Shown here: positions 11,716 through 24,889 of the stretch, piece after piece
Numbering within the stretch: the stretch's first letter is position 1
Layout of the letters: each line of letters begins with the position of its first letter
NCBI RefSeq assembly: GCF_001194135.2
Contig: NC_068982.1
Coordinates: forward strand, 190,831,361 to 190,895,360
Source of the DNA: Octopus bimaculoides
Lineage: Eukaryota
Direction of reading: 5' to 3'
Length of the DNA: 64,000 nucleotides
Program-made: the position numbers and the translations under genes
Notes under the pieces: model-generated
What the model saw: only the letters and a program-made list of their open reading frames with translations
Databases searched by the model: none
What the model was told of the DNA's origin: nothing

Positions 11716-12344
11716 ACTAATATAATTTGTTCTAATGTCAAGTGATCTCTGACAAATTTGAAGAAAAATCAATGATTTTCATCCATTAAAGATAAATCAT
11801 TGTTTCCAATTCTGCCTCTTTATATTTCCCCCACTCTCTCCTATTATTTAAACCTCAAGTTTGAGACTAGAAATGACAGCAGCAACAACATTTGTGGTGG
11901 GGCTGCTGTTCTGGTGTTGAAATGTAGAGAACTATGAGTGGGAGAGGTGTGGGGAAGGGTGTTATGTTGTATATCTTGAAACTAAAACTCAACAAGTGTC
12001 TCCTGCTCCAAGCTGAACTGAGCCGACATACTTGTAGTTGAGAGGAATTAAGAGTGTGTATGTAATTGACAAAACAATTAGCTTGATGGCTTACTCTAAT
12101 AAAGTCATTAGTTTAAATACTTTGTAAATTAAAGCAATCTGAATAGTTGTAACTTTTTTCTGTCTATTTTCCTTGTTTAGTTTTTTCTAGTTTAATTCTT
12201 GTATCGGAAGTTAACTGTTTAGTTTGAAATGAGGGAGTTTTAATTTAAAGTGTGCAGGGGAAGTGAAGTTTATAATCATGTTTGCTTGGTTATTTTATTA
12301 TTTCCTTCTCTTAAATACACCTCACTCCTTTGATTTAGTGATTT

Positions 12345-12520
12345 TGTAGCCAACATCATCATATGTCCATTTTCCATGCTGGAATGGGTTGGCCATTCTG
12401 ACCATAGCTGGCACCCAGCTCCAGTCGTCTGCTTTGGTATGGTTTCTATAGCTGGATGCCCTTCCTAATGCCAGCAAATTTACAGAGTGTACTGGATGCT
12501 TTCTACCTGGCACCAGCATC
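12345..12520 (-). mobile_element. RTE family A 3' fragment
   Basis: Reverse-complement homology to 3433-3612. Confidence 0.7.
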
Positions 12521-12911
12521 TGTGGGGTTGCCGAGTCAATTGCAAGACAAGGCTGTCTCAGCTGAGAAAGGGGGAGGAACCTAGAGAAGTGGCCATGTGT
12601 CAGGCAAGATTTTAACAGGGATAGCTGTCTTACTATAGAGGTGATACTCGGGTACCCCAGTAGGACAAGGAAGGAGAGGGAGATTGGAGAGATTAAGAGA
12701 GAAAGAGAGAGACAGTGAAAGTGAAAGGGCCTACCCACAGGGAACGGTGGAGGAGTAAAAGTAGGACAGTGAAGATAGGACGGTGAAGATAGTGGACTAT
12801 TGAGCTATCCGTTCTTTTGATTTAGTGAGTCTATGGTGTTGTTGGCCTCTGCTTTCAACTCTACAAATCCTACCTCTGATGTTGAGTTATTTTCTGATGG
12901 TAAACACTTAC

Positions 12912-13010
12912 CACAGTCTACCTTGTTGACATCAGCACCAGGTTCTCTTGCTCCGTTGCTATGGTGTTTAGCAGCAATAAAGCAGTAGATTCGTATATTT
13001 TGTTCCACTT
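12912..13010 (-). CDS. Candidate 99-nt phase 1-1 exon (unidentified gene)
   Basis: gatttttaag acceptor and TGTG|gtaagt donor. Open frame VEQNIRIYCFIAAKHHSNGAREPGADVNKVDC. Confidence 0.3.
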
Positions 13011-13149
13011 CTTAAAAATCACACAAATATTTGTGAAACATTCCACTCCACCATTACCAGTCTGGAAAGTCCTCTAGATTATTATAGACAGTTTATATAA
13101 AATACTGGTGCACTTCGTATGGGAAGGTTTTAAAAATGTGTTTAAAAAA

Positions 13150-13506
13150 ACCTGTTTCAAGCAGTCGATTGTGGCCATGCTGGAGCACTGCCTGGAAGAG
13201 TTTAGTCAAACAAATCAGCTCCAGTACTTATTTTTTTAAAGCCTGGTGCTTATTCTGTCCATTTCTTTTGCCAAACGGCTTAGTTACAGGGACATAAACA
13301 AACCAACATCAGTTGTCATTGAAGTGGTGGTGAGGGACAAAGATAAAGACCCACACATACAGTGGGCTTCCACACAGTTTCTGTCTACCAAATTCACTCA
13401 GCCAAGACATTGGTTGGCCTGCAATCATACTAGAACGGTGGTTCCCAACCCTTTTATTTAAATGAGTTTTCCTACAGACCCCTTTTAATATGCTTATCCT
13501 TATGTA

Positions 13507-13561
<55 letters not shown>

Positions 13562-14045
13562 CCAGCCTCCCCTGGCCCCTGTGCCGGTGGCATGTAAAAA
13601 GCACCCACTACACTCACGGAGTGGTTGGTGTTAGGAAGGGCATCCAGCTGTAGAAACCTTGCCAGATCAGACTGGAGCCTGGCGCAGACCCCTGGCTTCG
13701 ATTCACTAGACTCAACAGGTTTTCTCATGCACATCATATTGCCCAGACCCCCAGGACTTAATTTTCTTTAAGACTGATACTTATTCTACTGGTCTCTTTT
13801 GCTAGGTTACAGGGACATCAACAAACTAACACCAGTTGTCAAGTGGTGGTGGGGAAGAAACAAAGACACACACACACATACAAAGGGCTTCTTTCAGCTT
13901 CCATCTATCACATCCATTCACAAGACTTTTGTTGGCCCAGAAAAGTAGCAGGAGGCACTTGCCCAAGGTGTTACACAGTGGGACTGAACCCAGAACTCTG
14001 TCAATGGGAAGCAAACATCTTACCACATTGCCACATTTGCACCTA
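13150..14045 (-). mobile_element. Cluster of two family B/C SINEs (about 13150-13430 and 13770-14045) around a plus-strand RTE family A fragment (about 13565-13700)
   Basis: Internal homology to other copies in the window. Confidence 0.7.
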
Positions 14046-14854
14046 TAATGAAGAATTTAATAGCGTTGCCACTATTATTATTAAAACAGTGTTTGAAATA
14101 CAAATTATCATGAAATTTTGATTGGCAGTTTTGATTTAGATCACTTTTGGCAGAAGGCCTGTATCATCAGATGAGGGCCAGTCTCAGGTGAGTTCCTATC
14201 AAAAGGGTTCAAGATGGCTTTTAACCATTCAAATTTACCAAACATACTGTTGTGTCTTGTTCAAAGTTCTTCACATTTTCAGCCATTTATTTCTAGTGGT
14301 TTTCATTTTTTAAACGAATTTATTTATTCATTTCCTTTCAATCAAGTCAAATTTAGCAATTCATTCGAAATCCATTAATCTAACCTTTGACTCATCACTA
14401 CTGATATTGATAGCTAATCTGCCGCCATTACCACCACCACCACCACCACTACTATATAATGGTTTTATAAAATAATTTATTGGGGGTTGGTGGAAATTTA
14501 TGCCAAGAAAAATAATTAAGACTTCTCGGATGTTCCAGCTCTTTATTTATATTCTGAAATTAAAGAAACCACCATAGAATTTAGTGTTTAAAATTAGGTT
14601 TAAGGTGAGGCTACTTTTAAAATTGTGGTTTTTTGCCTCTAAGTAAGATTATAAAAATAATTCTAAATAAATCATTCACTTTCATCTTTTCTCTTTAAAT
14701 CCAATTTGTTTTTGTCTTTTATTGTTATTTCCAATCAGTTGAGAGAGAGATTGGCTAAAGTGGACTCAATTATAACACAAGACATTATAATTTCCAATTT
14801 ATGGCAGAAAAGAAAACCACAGCTTGGAGTCGGACTATGTTCTGTTGTATAATC

Positions 14855-15070
14855 CTTTCTACTCTAGGCACAAGGCCTGAAATCTTGGGGGAGGGGGTCA
14901 TTCCATTACATCAATCCCAGTACGCAACTGGTACTTAATTTATCAACCCCGAAAGGACAAAAGACAAAGTCGATCTTGGCAGAATTTGAACTCATAACAT
15001 AGCAACGGGTGAAATATTGCTATGCAATTCGTCCAGCGCACTAACGGTTCTGCCAGTTCGCTGCCTTGTT
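14855..15070 (-). mobile_element. SINE family D
   Basis: Reverse-complement match to 2313-2523. Confidence 0.8.
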
Positions 15071-15616
15071 CTGTTGCACACTCATTAATGTTATCATCTG
15101 GCAAGCAGGAGAGACAGGGTTCAATTCCACTTAAGGCTGTGGTTTGTTTCTATCCCAACTTGGTGGTTATAATATTAACAATTAACTAATATTAGTGAAG
15201 ATGTATGGCTTAGCAGTTAAGGTGTTGCACTCACAACTGTCAGATCGTAGGTTCAATTCCAGACTAGATGACATGTGTTTTTAAGCAAAATACTTCATTT
15301 CATGTCACTCTACTGCTGTGTGGGGACCCAATGTTTCCTCTGCTTGTTGTAAAAAGCAACTAAAAAAAAAGTTGAAGTGGGATTTGCACTCTGACCTCGT
15401 AAAACCCTCACCAGCAGCAACTACCTAACCAGACCCATGGGTTAGAGGGTTGCCACCTGAGTGGTGCAAAGGTGTCACCCGCCAGGAGTAGGGAACCACC
15501 AACAAATTGTGGATGCAGCGATGCGTTCTTACAGCACATGGCCCCATACTAATACAAATACTACTACTAATAGTACTATTAATGCTACTAATCAATCGTT
15601 GGATGAACCATATCGA

Positions 15617-16175
15617 GGATCTTTTTTAAAACGGGGGCCACATTTTTCATTAACGAAACACTTTGAAACTTGGAACACTGGTAGAATGTGTCATATAAAA
15701 CATCTTTTTCTCTTAGTCTTCTTTAAAAAAAAAGAAATCCCTAAGTTATTCCATGTTAAAGTTGTTGTATTTCTGTAATTTCAACCAATCACTGACGTCC
15801 ATTCAGCCGATATACATTAAGTGCCGACTACATAAACAAACGATTCTGAAACAATTCTATCAGTGATAGGGTTAGGGTTAGGGTAAAACAGCAAATTTAA
15901 AAAGAAAAAAGCAAAACGAAGCTATAGAAATTAAATACGCTTTACACCGCTTAATCAGCCAAAGAAGTAAATGTAAACAACTGAATACTTGTCAGTGATT
16001 GGTTGAAATTATCGAAATAAGACAATTTTTTACATGAAATAAATTTGAATACAAAAATATTTTTCTGTTCTATAACACAAAATAGATAAGTATACGAAGT
16101 TTGAAAGTCTTTCGGTACCAAAAACACTACGTAAAACATTAATGAAAAATGTGGCCCCCGTTTTAAAAAAGATCC
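15617..16175. mobile_element. Non-autonomous DNA transposon (MITE) with 8-bp TSD, long imperfect TIRs and central TTAGGG repeats
   Basis: Perfect 37-bp terminal IR GGATCTTTTTTAAAACGGGGGCCACATTTTTCATTAA. TSD catatcga lies at 15609-15616 and 16176-16183. An inner IR block aatttcaaccaatcactgac / gtcagtgattggttgaaatt is present, and tagggttagggttagggt occupies 15867-15884. Confidence 0.9.
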
Positions 16176-17102
16176 CATATCGATTATACTTTTAGAATTA
16201 TCTGACAATGGATTATCATGCAGACTTATACACATTCAAACTAAACATTAAACTAATGTGGTTATGTGTGAGTGTGTAATATTTGGATGTATAAAACATG
16301 TTTATATATGTAAAAAGCGTGTGTGTAAAGTATATGCCTATGTGTGTGTACATATGTATGTATACATGGTGTGTGTATGTCTGTACCTATGTCTATATTC
16401 ATATATTCACGCATATATATAATTCACCATTTGAAAAATTCGTTATAGGAATAAAGATACCCTAAACAAGTATAAAAATGGAGAAAATATGTTAAAATCA
16501 AAATTGAATTTAATACATACGCATGTTTCAAAAGACAATACAAATATATAAGAAAAAATTATAATAATAATTATAACTATAATTAAAGTTATGCATTGTC
16601 ATTCTCATCAGTGTGAAGAATTTTAGAAAGAGATTATTTTTTTCTCTCTTTTTGGATCGTTCAAAAAGTTTGAATTGTTCTTTTTAAACTTATTTTAAAT
16701 CCCCATATATATGTGTGTGTGTCATTCTCTACATGCATCTACACACTGGCACTTACAGAAAAAGCACCAAATCTGTTTTCTTTTTTATTTGACACAAACA
16801 AGAGAAACGGAATGGGTATATTTTGTTAAACACTTATCTATAATGCAGCTTTATAATCTGCTGTTGTTGTTGTTGTTGTTGTTCATGATACATTTACGTT
16901 ATCTTCTCTTCTGGTCTGTTGTATATGTCAAGGATAGGTGGAAGTTTCAATCTCCCTCCCCCACCCCACCCCCCTCTCTCTCTCTCTCACTAATTTCACC
17001 AAGGCAACACATCTCCATCTGAACAGCATCAACTAATCAATGCAGTTAGTGGATTATTTAATATAAACTTAATGCTAACTAAAAGATAAACACCTAACTA
17101 CA

Positions 17103-17157
<55 letters not shown>

Positions 17158-17159
17158 CG

Positions 17160-17635
17160 GTGTTAAATTTTGGTACAAGGCCAGCAGTTTCGGGAGAGGA
17201 GTAAATCAATTACATTGACCCTAGGGTTCAACTGGTACCTAGTTTATCAAACCCGAAAGGATGAAAGGCAGCATCGACCTTGGCAGAATTTGAACTCATA
17301 ACGTAAGGACAGACAAAACACCATTAAGCATTTTGTTCAGCATGCTGCTGATTCTGCCAATGATGATGATGGTGATATAATTCAGCCTCACTTGATGCCC
17401 ACATTTGGACTTTAAATGGTTGAATGGTATTTCAGCCGCAAGCTAGCATCCTGGGTAGAATGCTTCCTGGCATTTCATTTCACCTTATGTTTTGGGTTCA
17501 AATTCCATGGAGGCCAGTTTTGCCTTTCACCCTTCTGGGATCAATGAAATAAGGACCAGTTTAACAGTTGGGTTGATGTAATGAACTAACCCCAACCCCT
17601 GAAGTTGCTGGCCTTGTGCCGGAATTTGAAACCAT
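17160..17635. mobile_element. Head-to-head inverted pair of family D SINEs
   Basis: Minus copy at about 17160-17380 and plus copy at about 17420-17635. Confidence 0.75.
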
Positions 17636-18164
17636 TATTATTATTATTATTTAATTGAATATTTTCTCAGTTATTAACTAATTTTTCAGTGTTGATGTCC
17701 CTGTCCCTTCCAAGATAAACTAAACTAAAAGAGAGAGAGAGAGAGAAACCGAGAGAGAGAGAGAAACCGAGAGGGAGAGAGAAACAATGTGATGCCATAG
17801 ACCTGTTCATTTAATTACCAACCAGAACTGGTATCAGCAGCAGTCACTGAATAAACGAGGTAGAAACCATTTAATTGCGAGGAGTGTTGACAGAAGGGTT
17901 AGCTATTGGCATATGACTTTTCCTCATGGATAATTAACAAGAGAGGTCATTTATTTGCTTTCTTTTAATTGTTTTGCTCAACAAACCACTCAACTCTACT
18001 GGTTTTACTTCATCACTAACAGCAAGATAGAAACCAGTATGGAGCTTTAAAATAAGCATTGATTTACTTAAACCATCACCATTCCATGTTCAGCCTCCAC
18101 ACTAATATTAAATAATCAGATGAACAGTTAGGAAGACAATGGTAGTGTTTTAAATCCATTTAGT

Positions 18165-18470
18165 TTGGTGGTGTTCACTGATGATCATGTGGTTGTGAGT
18201 TCGATTTCCGGTGGTACATTGTGCCTTTGAGCAAGGTGTTTTATTTCATGTTTTTCCAATCCACTCAGCTGGCATAAATGGGTGGTACTTGTATTTCGAG
18301 AGGCGCCAGTCTTGTCCCATTCTGTATCATTCTGAATCTCCCTGAGAACTATGTTAAGGGTACGCATGTCTGTGGGGTGCTCGGCCACATGCATGTTAAT
18401 TGCATGAGCAGGTTGTTCTGTTGATTGGACCAAATCGAACCCTCATCATCATAACTGACGGAGTGCTGGT
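18165..18470 (+). mobile_element. tRNA-headed SINE family F
   Basis: B-box gagttcgatttcc, ttgtgcctttgagcaagg segment, and 3' end gttctgttgattggaccaaatcgaaccctcatcatcataactgacggagtgc. Reverse homologues lie at about 23235-23515 and 45490-45665. Confidence 0.7.
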
Positions 18471-18584
18471 TTATGTTTTCAGTTCAAATCCAGCTACCGT
18501 TCTATCCATCTTTCTTCCCTGCTTGGGTAATTATTTACTGTTATTTAATTAATGTTGCTTTTATTCTCACCTTCTGCCAAATAT

Positions 18585-18795
18585 TGGTTTCAAATTTTGG
18601 CACAAGGCCAGCAAGTTCGAGGGAGGAAGCAGGCCGATTGCATTGACACCAGTATCCAACTGGTACATATTTTATCGACTCTGGCAGGTTGAAAAGCAAA
18701 GCTGACTTTGACGGAATTTGAACTTAGAATGTAAAGACAGGTGAACCGCCACAAAGCATTTTGCCTGACATGCTAACAACTCTGCCACTTTGCCA
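18585..18795 (-). mobile_element. SINE family D
   Basis: Reverse-complement match to 2313-2523. Confidence 0.75.
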
Positions 18796-18924
18796 TCAGA
18801 TATTAACAATGCATGTAACCCAAAGAAACTCTCAAATGTGCCTGACTTTCTGGTTAAGTTCAGGTCTCTTTGTCATTAACATCATCTTCGTTGTTGTTGT
18901 CGTCGTCATCGTTTCAAGTAAGAT

Positions 18925-19530
18925 CATCGTCATCGTCGTTTAACGTCCGCTTTCCATGCTGGTATGGGTTGGACGGTTTGACTGAGGATTGGTGAGCCAT
19001 AAGGCTGCACCAGGCTCAATCTGATCTGGCAAAGTTTCTACAGCTGGATGCCCTTCCTAACGCCAACCACTCTGGGAGTGTAGTGGGTGCTTTTACGTGC
19101 TACTGGCACAAGGGCCTGTCAGGTGGTTCTGGCAATGACTACACTCACAGGAGCCAGTCTGGCGGCACTGGCAATGACCACATTCGAATGTTGTTTTTCA
19201 CGTGCCACCAGCACATGTGCCGGTAAGGTGACGCTGGCAACAATCACGCTCGAATGGTGCTTTTTACGTGCCACCAGCACGAGAGCCAATCCTTGGCCCT
19301 GGCAACGATCATGCTCGGTTGTGCTTCTAACTTTCCACTGGCACGAGTGCCAATCAGGCAGTACTGTCATTGGCCACTTCAGCAATTTTGATTTGATTTC
19401 ACTTGCCTCAACAGGTTTTCACAAGCTAGGTTTAGTGTCCAATGAATGAGGGGTACTCATAAGTGGGCTGGTTACACCCCATGTTTAACGTTCCACTGGC
19501 ATGAGTGCCAATCAGGTGGTACTGTCATCG
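18925..19530 (-). mobile_element. RTE family A 3' UTR with tandem subrepeats
   Basis: Family A 3' end plus repeated units containing gtgcttttacgtgccaccagcac. Similar arrays lie at 33130-33360 and 38755-39050. Confidence 0.8.
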
Positions 19531-19671
19531 GCCACATCTATTTTATTTCACTGGCCGTTACACCTGTCTGCTGAACGAAGGAACATTTACTCTCTGGAGA
19601 AAAGAAAGTCACTGCTTTTTGGTCAGATATTGTCAATGATAACATGTTGAATTGATATTTACTCACACACA

Positions 19672-19688
19672 CTCTCTCTCTCTCTCCC

Positions 19689-19737
<49 letters not shown>

Positions 19738-19738
19738 T

Positions 19739-19798
<60 letters not shown>

Positions 19799-19802
19799 TT
19801 TC

Positions 19803-19856
<54 letters not shown>

Positions 19857-19878
19857 TTCTCACACACACACACACATG
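19672..19878. repeat. (CT)n/(CTTT) and (CA)n microsatellite
   Basis: Directly visible. Confidence 0.98.
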
Positions 19879-21539
19879 CACAGCAATAGGTTTCTTTGCA
19901 GTTTCCATCAAATGGATTCACAAGACATTGGTCAACCCAGGGCTATAATAGAAAAACACTTGTGCATGGGACTGAACCTGAGCCCCTGTGGTTATAAAGC
20001 CAACTTCTTAACCACGCAACCGTGCCTGCTCCTATGCATAAAAATAGAGATTCTAAAGATAATGGTAAACTAGACTAGTTGCAATGCCTTCCTCGACAAA
20101 ACTGTAAAATACATGATTAGCAGTTTTTGAATCATGTTATTATCTAACTGTTACGTATCTCTAGAATTAAGCATTAAAATGGTATTTGATATTTCTAATA
20201 AAACCTTTTTATGTCCCCTAATCACTGTATATTCCATAAGAAAAGAAATTATCAGAATATCTGTAGTGATCAAATTGATTGATTATTGATTATATAGACT
20301 GATTGATGATTGACATCAGCTGATTAATCATAAACGTCAAAACAGACTGATAGAATAAGGACCAGGTTTTAAAAACAATAAGTCCTGGGGTCGACTCATT
20401 TGACTAAAAATTCTTGAAGGCTTTGCCCCAGCATGGCCACAGTTTAATATCTGCAACAGGTAAAAGGTGAAAGGTAAAAAGATACTCTCACAAATCAACT
20501 TAATTACTTTAGGAAGCCTTCTCCCTTCTTGAAGCAACTTTTAAAAGCTATTTGATATTTTCCACTCAGCCCATTGCCAATACGATAATCCTTATCTACT
20601 TTGGTATTCTAATTAATTATTACAATGATAATACATCTTCTGTTAAGATGATATCCACAGCATTAATCATTAACAGTTGGTGCATGCAATACAGCAACAA
20701 TTAAATTTAATATATTCTGTTATAAAATAGGCCACCGTTTTCGTTAGTTAATCCGCACCACCACCACCGCCACACTATTGCAGTGCTGAGATCTGCTTTC
20801 TGTTAACAAAGATTTATCTCTGGTTTTAACCATAGGCACAGGCATCAATGTGAGATGGAAAACTTCACTATGCTCTGAGATTGATCCTAATGCACAGTCC
20901 CCAGTACCTTGGTAAATGCCTTGTGTGTCAAAGCATCAGGTTGCTCAGTTCTTTGTGAGTGGTACAGAACCTGTACAAAAATCAGTCTTGTACATATCTT
21001 AGTGCATGTGCATGTGGTTCATTTGCTGGAAAGTAAAGACCTTCGTGATATTTGTTCTGCACCCAGTTACAGACACTCCCTCATCATCAAAACTGCAGTG
21101 AGTTTGAGACTTATGTTGATGTTGTTGTTCACAAAATAAACACAGGAATCAATGACTAATTATCTAATCAAGAAACAGCATCATCTAATTACATGGCTGT
21201 TCCTTAAATAGTTAATGCAACAACCCTACTTTATTGCTGTTTTGTTAACTGTTGGTCTACCAAATCCATTCACAAAGTTTTCTGGCCCAAGGTGCCACGC
21301 AGTAGGATTGAACCAGAAGCCATGTGGTTGGGAAGTGAACTGCTCAACCTCACAGCCACATCTGTTCCTATATCAACCAAATATAATTTCAACGAAAGTC
21401 TCGAGCTGTAAATGAGACGTGAAACATCATTTATAACAGTCGTTAGCCATGATTAGGTGTTGGCATTGGTAAACATAACGAGATTAGCAGATCACCCATT
21501 GGAACACTTGGCAGCTTGGTTCCGGTTTAGGCTGAGAGC

Positions 21540-21601
<62 letters not shown>

Positions 21602-21659
21602 ACATACATGCATACACACACGTGTGTGGGTGAGTATGTGCAGGCAAACTAGTATCTTT

Positions 21660-22040
21660 TACCTTTCACTTTGTTTCAGTCATTAGGCTGTGGCCATGCT
21701 GGAGCCACCACCTTGAAGAACAATTTTAGCCGAATGAATCGCCCCCAGTACTTATTTTTTTTGTTTTAACACCTGGCACTTATTTTGTTGGTCCCTTTTT
21801 AGTGGAACCACTGAGCTATGAAGATGTAAACACACCAACACTAGTTGTCAAGCAGTAGTAGGGGACAAACACAGACAGAAAGACACACACAAATATACAT
21901 GCAGAGCTTCTTTCAGTTTCCATCTTCCAAATCTACTCATAAGGCTAAATCCATTCATCGACCCAAGGCTATAGTGGAGGACACTTGTCAGAGGTGGCCA
22001 GCAATGGGACTGAACCCAGAACTATGGGGTTGGCAAGCAA
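21660..22040 (-). mobile_element. Composite SINE family B/C
   Basis: Full head-to-tail reverse match to 41805-42215. Confidence 0.8.
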
Positions 22041-22134
22041 ACTTCTGACTACACAGCTCTGTAAAGTTTTTCTTTGAGATTTCTTTAAGTTTTCTTCACA
22101 CAGTGCAAACCAGTTGCTAACGAAGTGACCAGAA

Positions 22135-22320
22135 TTGTAAAGCACCCACTACACTCTCAGAGTGGTTGGTGTTAGGAAGGGCATCCAGCTGTAGAAACCT
22201 TGCCAGATCAGATTGGAGCCTGGCGCAGCCTACTGGCTTGTCAGTGCTCAGTCAAACCATCCAACCCATGCCAGCATGGAAAGCGGACGTTAAACGACGA
22301 TGGTGATGATGATGACTGTT
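22135..22320 (+). mobile_element. RTE family A 3' fragment
   Basis: Near-consensus copy ending ggacgttaaacgacgatggtgatgatg. Confidence 0.8.
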
Positions 22321-22422
22321 CCTGGGGGTTTGTAAATTTGTGATTGGGTTAGTGTGTGCATTGATGTAAGTGGATTCACTTGTATTTACCTTTTGTGTGA
22401 ACAAGTCTCCCTTTTAGTACCT

Positions 22423-22458
<36 letters not shown>

Positions 22459-23659
22459 CTCATTACTTTTTACATGTGTGTCTCTGTAGATGCGTACGAC
22501 TAGGCGTGTGGATATGTTCATGTCAAGAAGCTCAGATGGAGAATCTTTGGAGCATCGTACCGTCTTTATAGTACTGCTAAAAAATTGGATTTAGAGGATG
22601 CACGTCAGCTTCTTTCTTTTGTATGTGTGTACACACATGTAATTCTAATAATTTCAAAATATTTAATTGCTACCCTTTATATAAAAGCTATCTACAAACA
22701 TAAGAGCTACATAAATATGTACACTTTATATAAAGTTTACTGGTTTTATTATTTTGAAAAACCATCAGAAGTATTTTGCAATGAATTTTGGTTTTTTTTT
22801 TTTTTCTGCCCCTTTATGTAAAAAACCTCAGAAATGGTAAAAGGAGGAGGAAGGCCTGGAGCTTATTTCACTACAGTTCCAAAACAATTAAAGAACAACA
22901 TCGCTATTCTGAAAGTAGAGCAATGTTAGAGAAATACAATATGAAGAATAAAAGACTATTTTTGAGGAATGTGTTGTCTTGACAGAATAAGCCATAACAG
23001 TTTTATTCTCTGTGTGTGTGTGTGTGTGTTGGTTTATTTGGGATTTTATTTCTGTCATTGAACTGCAGCCATGCTGGAGCACTGCTTAAGGATTTAGCTA
23101 AACAAATCAACCCCAGTATTAATTTTTTATAAGGCTGGTACTTATTCTATCAGTCTCCTTTGTGGAACTGCTAAGTTACATATAACACTGATTATTAAGT
23201 TTTGGGGGTGGGGCATACAGAAACACAAATAACCTGGCACTCCATTAATTTCAACAATGCATGTTCCCGTTGATTCGATCAACAGAACAGCCTGCTTGTG
23301 AAATTAACATGCAATTGGCTGAGTACTCCACAGACACATGACACAGAATGTGACAAGGCTGACCTCTTTGAATTACAGGTACAACTCAATATAGCAAGTT
23401 GAGTGGATTGGAACTACTTGAAATAAAGCACCTTGCTGAAGGGCACAATGCAGAACAAGGAATTGAACTCACAATGATGAGCCTCAGCTTCCTCAGAACA
23501 TGTTGCCATGACAGAGCCCCAACCCATCGTGTTGAAGTCTGCGCTGCAACTGATTCGTTTTGCACCAAAATCATGGCAGCCACCAGTGTGAAAAGAAGAG
23601 TCAATGGTATCTTTGCAAATTATTTTTTCATGAATTATATTTGCTCCGTATACATATTA

Positions 23660-23718
<59 letters not shown>

Positions 23719-24889
23719 TGAGAGAGTGAAAGATATAGGCTTGATTTCTGTTTACTAAATTCCACTCACACCATATTGGTTTCTAGTTATGGCAGAAGAC
23801 ATTCATCCAAAATCTTGTGCAGTGGGACCGACTCTGGCATCATGTGGCTGTGAATCAACCTCTTTTGCTACACAACCAAAAGTTATGTTATTCTGCTGTG
23901 TATATATTTAATTGCTGTAGAATAATTAAAGAGAATATTTTCTAATAATGCAGCCATTAAAATTAGAGGGAGGTTGTGTTGACCAATCACCTGGAAGATG
24001 TGGAACATGTATAAAGATTATTAAAGAAACAATTGGCAGAATCTCAGAATGCATGAAGAAACAGCTTCAGTTAATGACTAATTAGTCTCTGGTGAATGGC
24101 AGTTTTTTGGGGTTTTTTTTACTATTTTTTTGTTTTTTTTTACTATTTCTTTGTTTTTTTTTCTCTCTCTCTTTCTGTTTTTTTTTTTTTTTTGGTTCTT
24201 TTAATTTCCGCAAGAAGGAATTTGAATTCATTTTGTAAAATAATTCCTGGAAAATACAGAATTTTAATCTTCTTTTTCTTTCCGCTGTTTACCAAATTTC
24301 ATCTTTACAGAGACAGGAATAAAGTGAAGGTCATCATTGATGCTGTATTGCATGGACTTAAATTTTTATGTTATGAGTTCCAGCCCCATGGTGGGAGTCA
24401 ACTTTAACTTTTTCCATCTTCACAAGGTTGATAAAATAGAATACCAGTTATGTAATTGGGTCAATGTGTTCATTCATACCTTTCCTTCCTCCAAAATATT
24501 TGACCTTCCGTCAGGAAACAGTATTGATTTTCTGTAGATCAGGCACAAGACCCAGTTTTGATGTGGAAGCTGCTTAATCTACTAAATGTCCCCAAATATA
24601 TTACTGGTAGCTACTTTATTAATACCAGGTGTGGGAAAATCCTAATGGTTCCATAGAGTTTACTTTTTAAATTTAGATTCATCAGTATCATCAGTATCAT
24701 CATCACTTAACATCTGTTTTCCATGCTGACAAGGGCTGGATGGTTCGACAGGACCTGGCAAGGCTGGAGAGCCACACCAGCTTCCATTGTCTGTTTTGGC
24801 ATGGTTTCTATGACTGGATTCCCGACTTAATGCCATTAGGTGGCACCAGCACTATTTTTATGTGGTACCATCACCATTGAAGCTAAATA

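Noticed and set aside
12912-13010. Ankyrin-repeat assignment from GADVNKVD
   Set aside because: The spacing from the AA motif is four residues short and the TPLH-like motif is missing, so no gene symbol was given.
19087-19400. Regularly spaced gtgccaccagcac/gtgcttttacgtg units resembling a CRISPR array
   Set aside because: The spacers are related to each other, the units sit in an RTE 3' UTR of an animal genome, and there are no cas genes.
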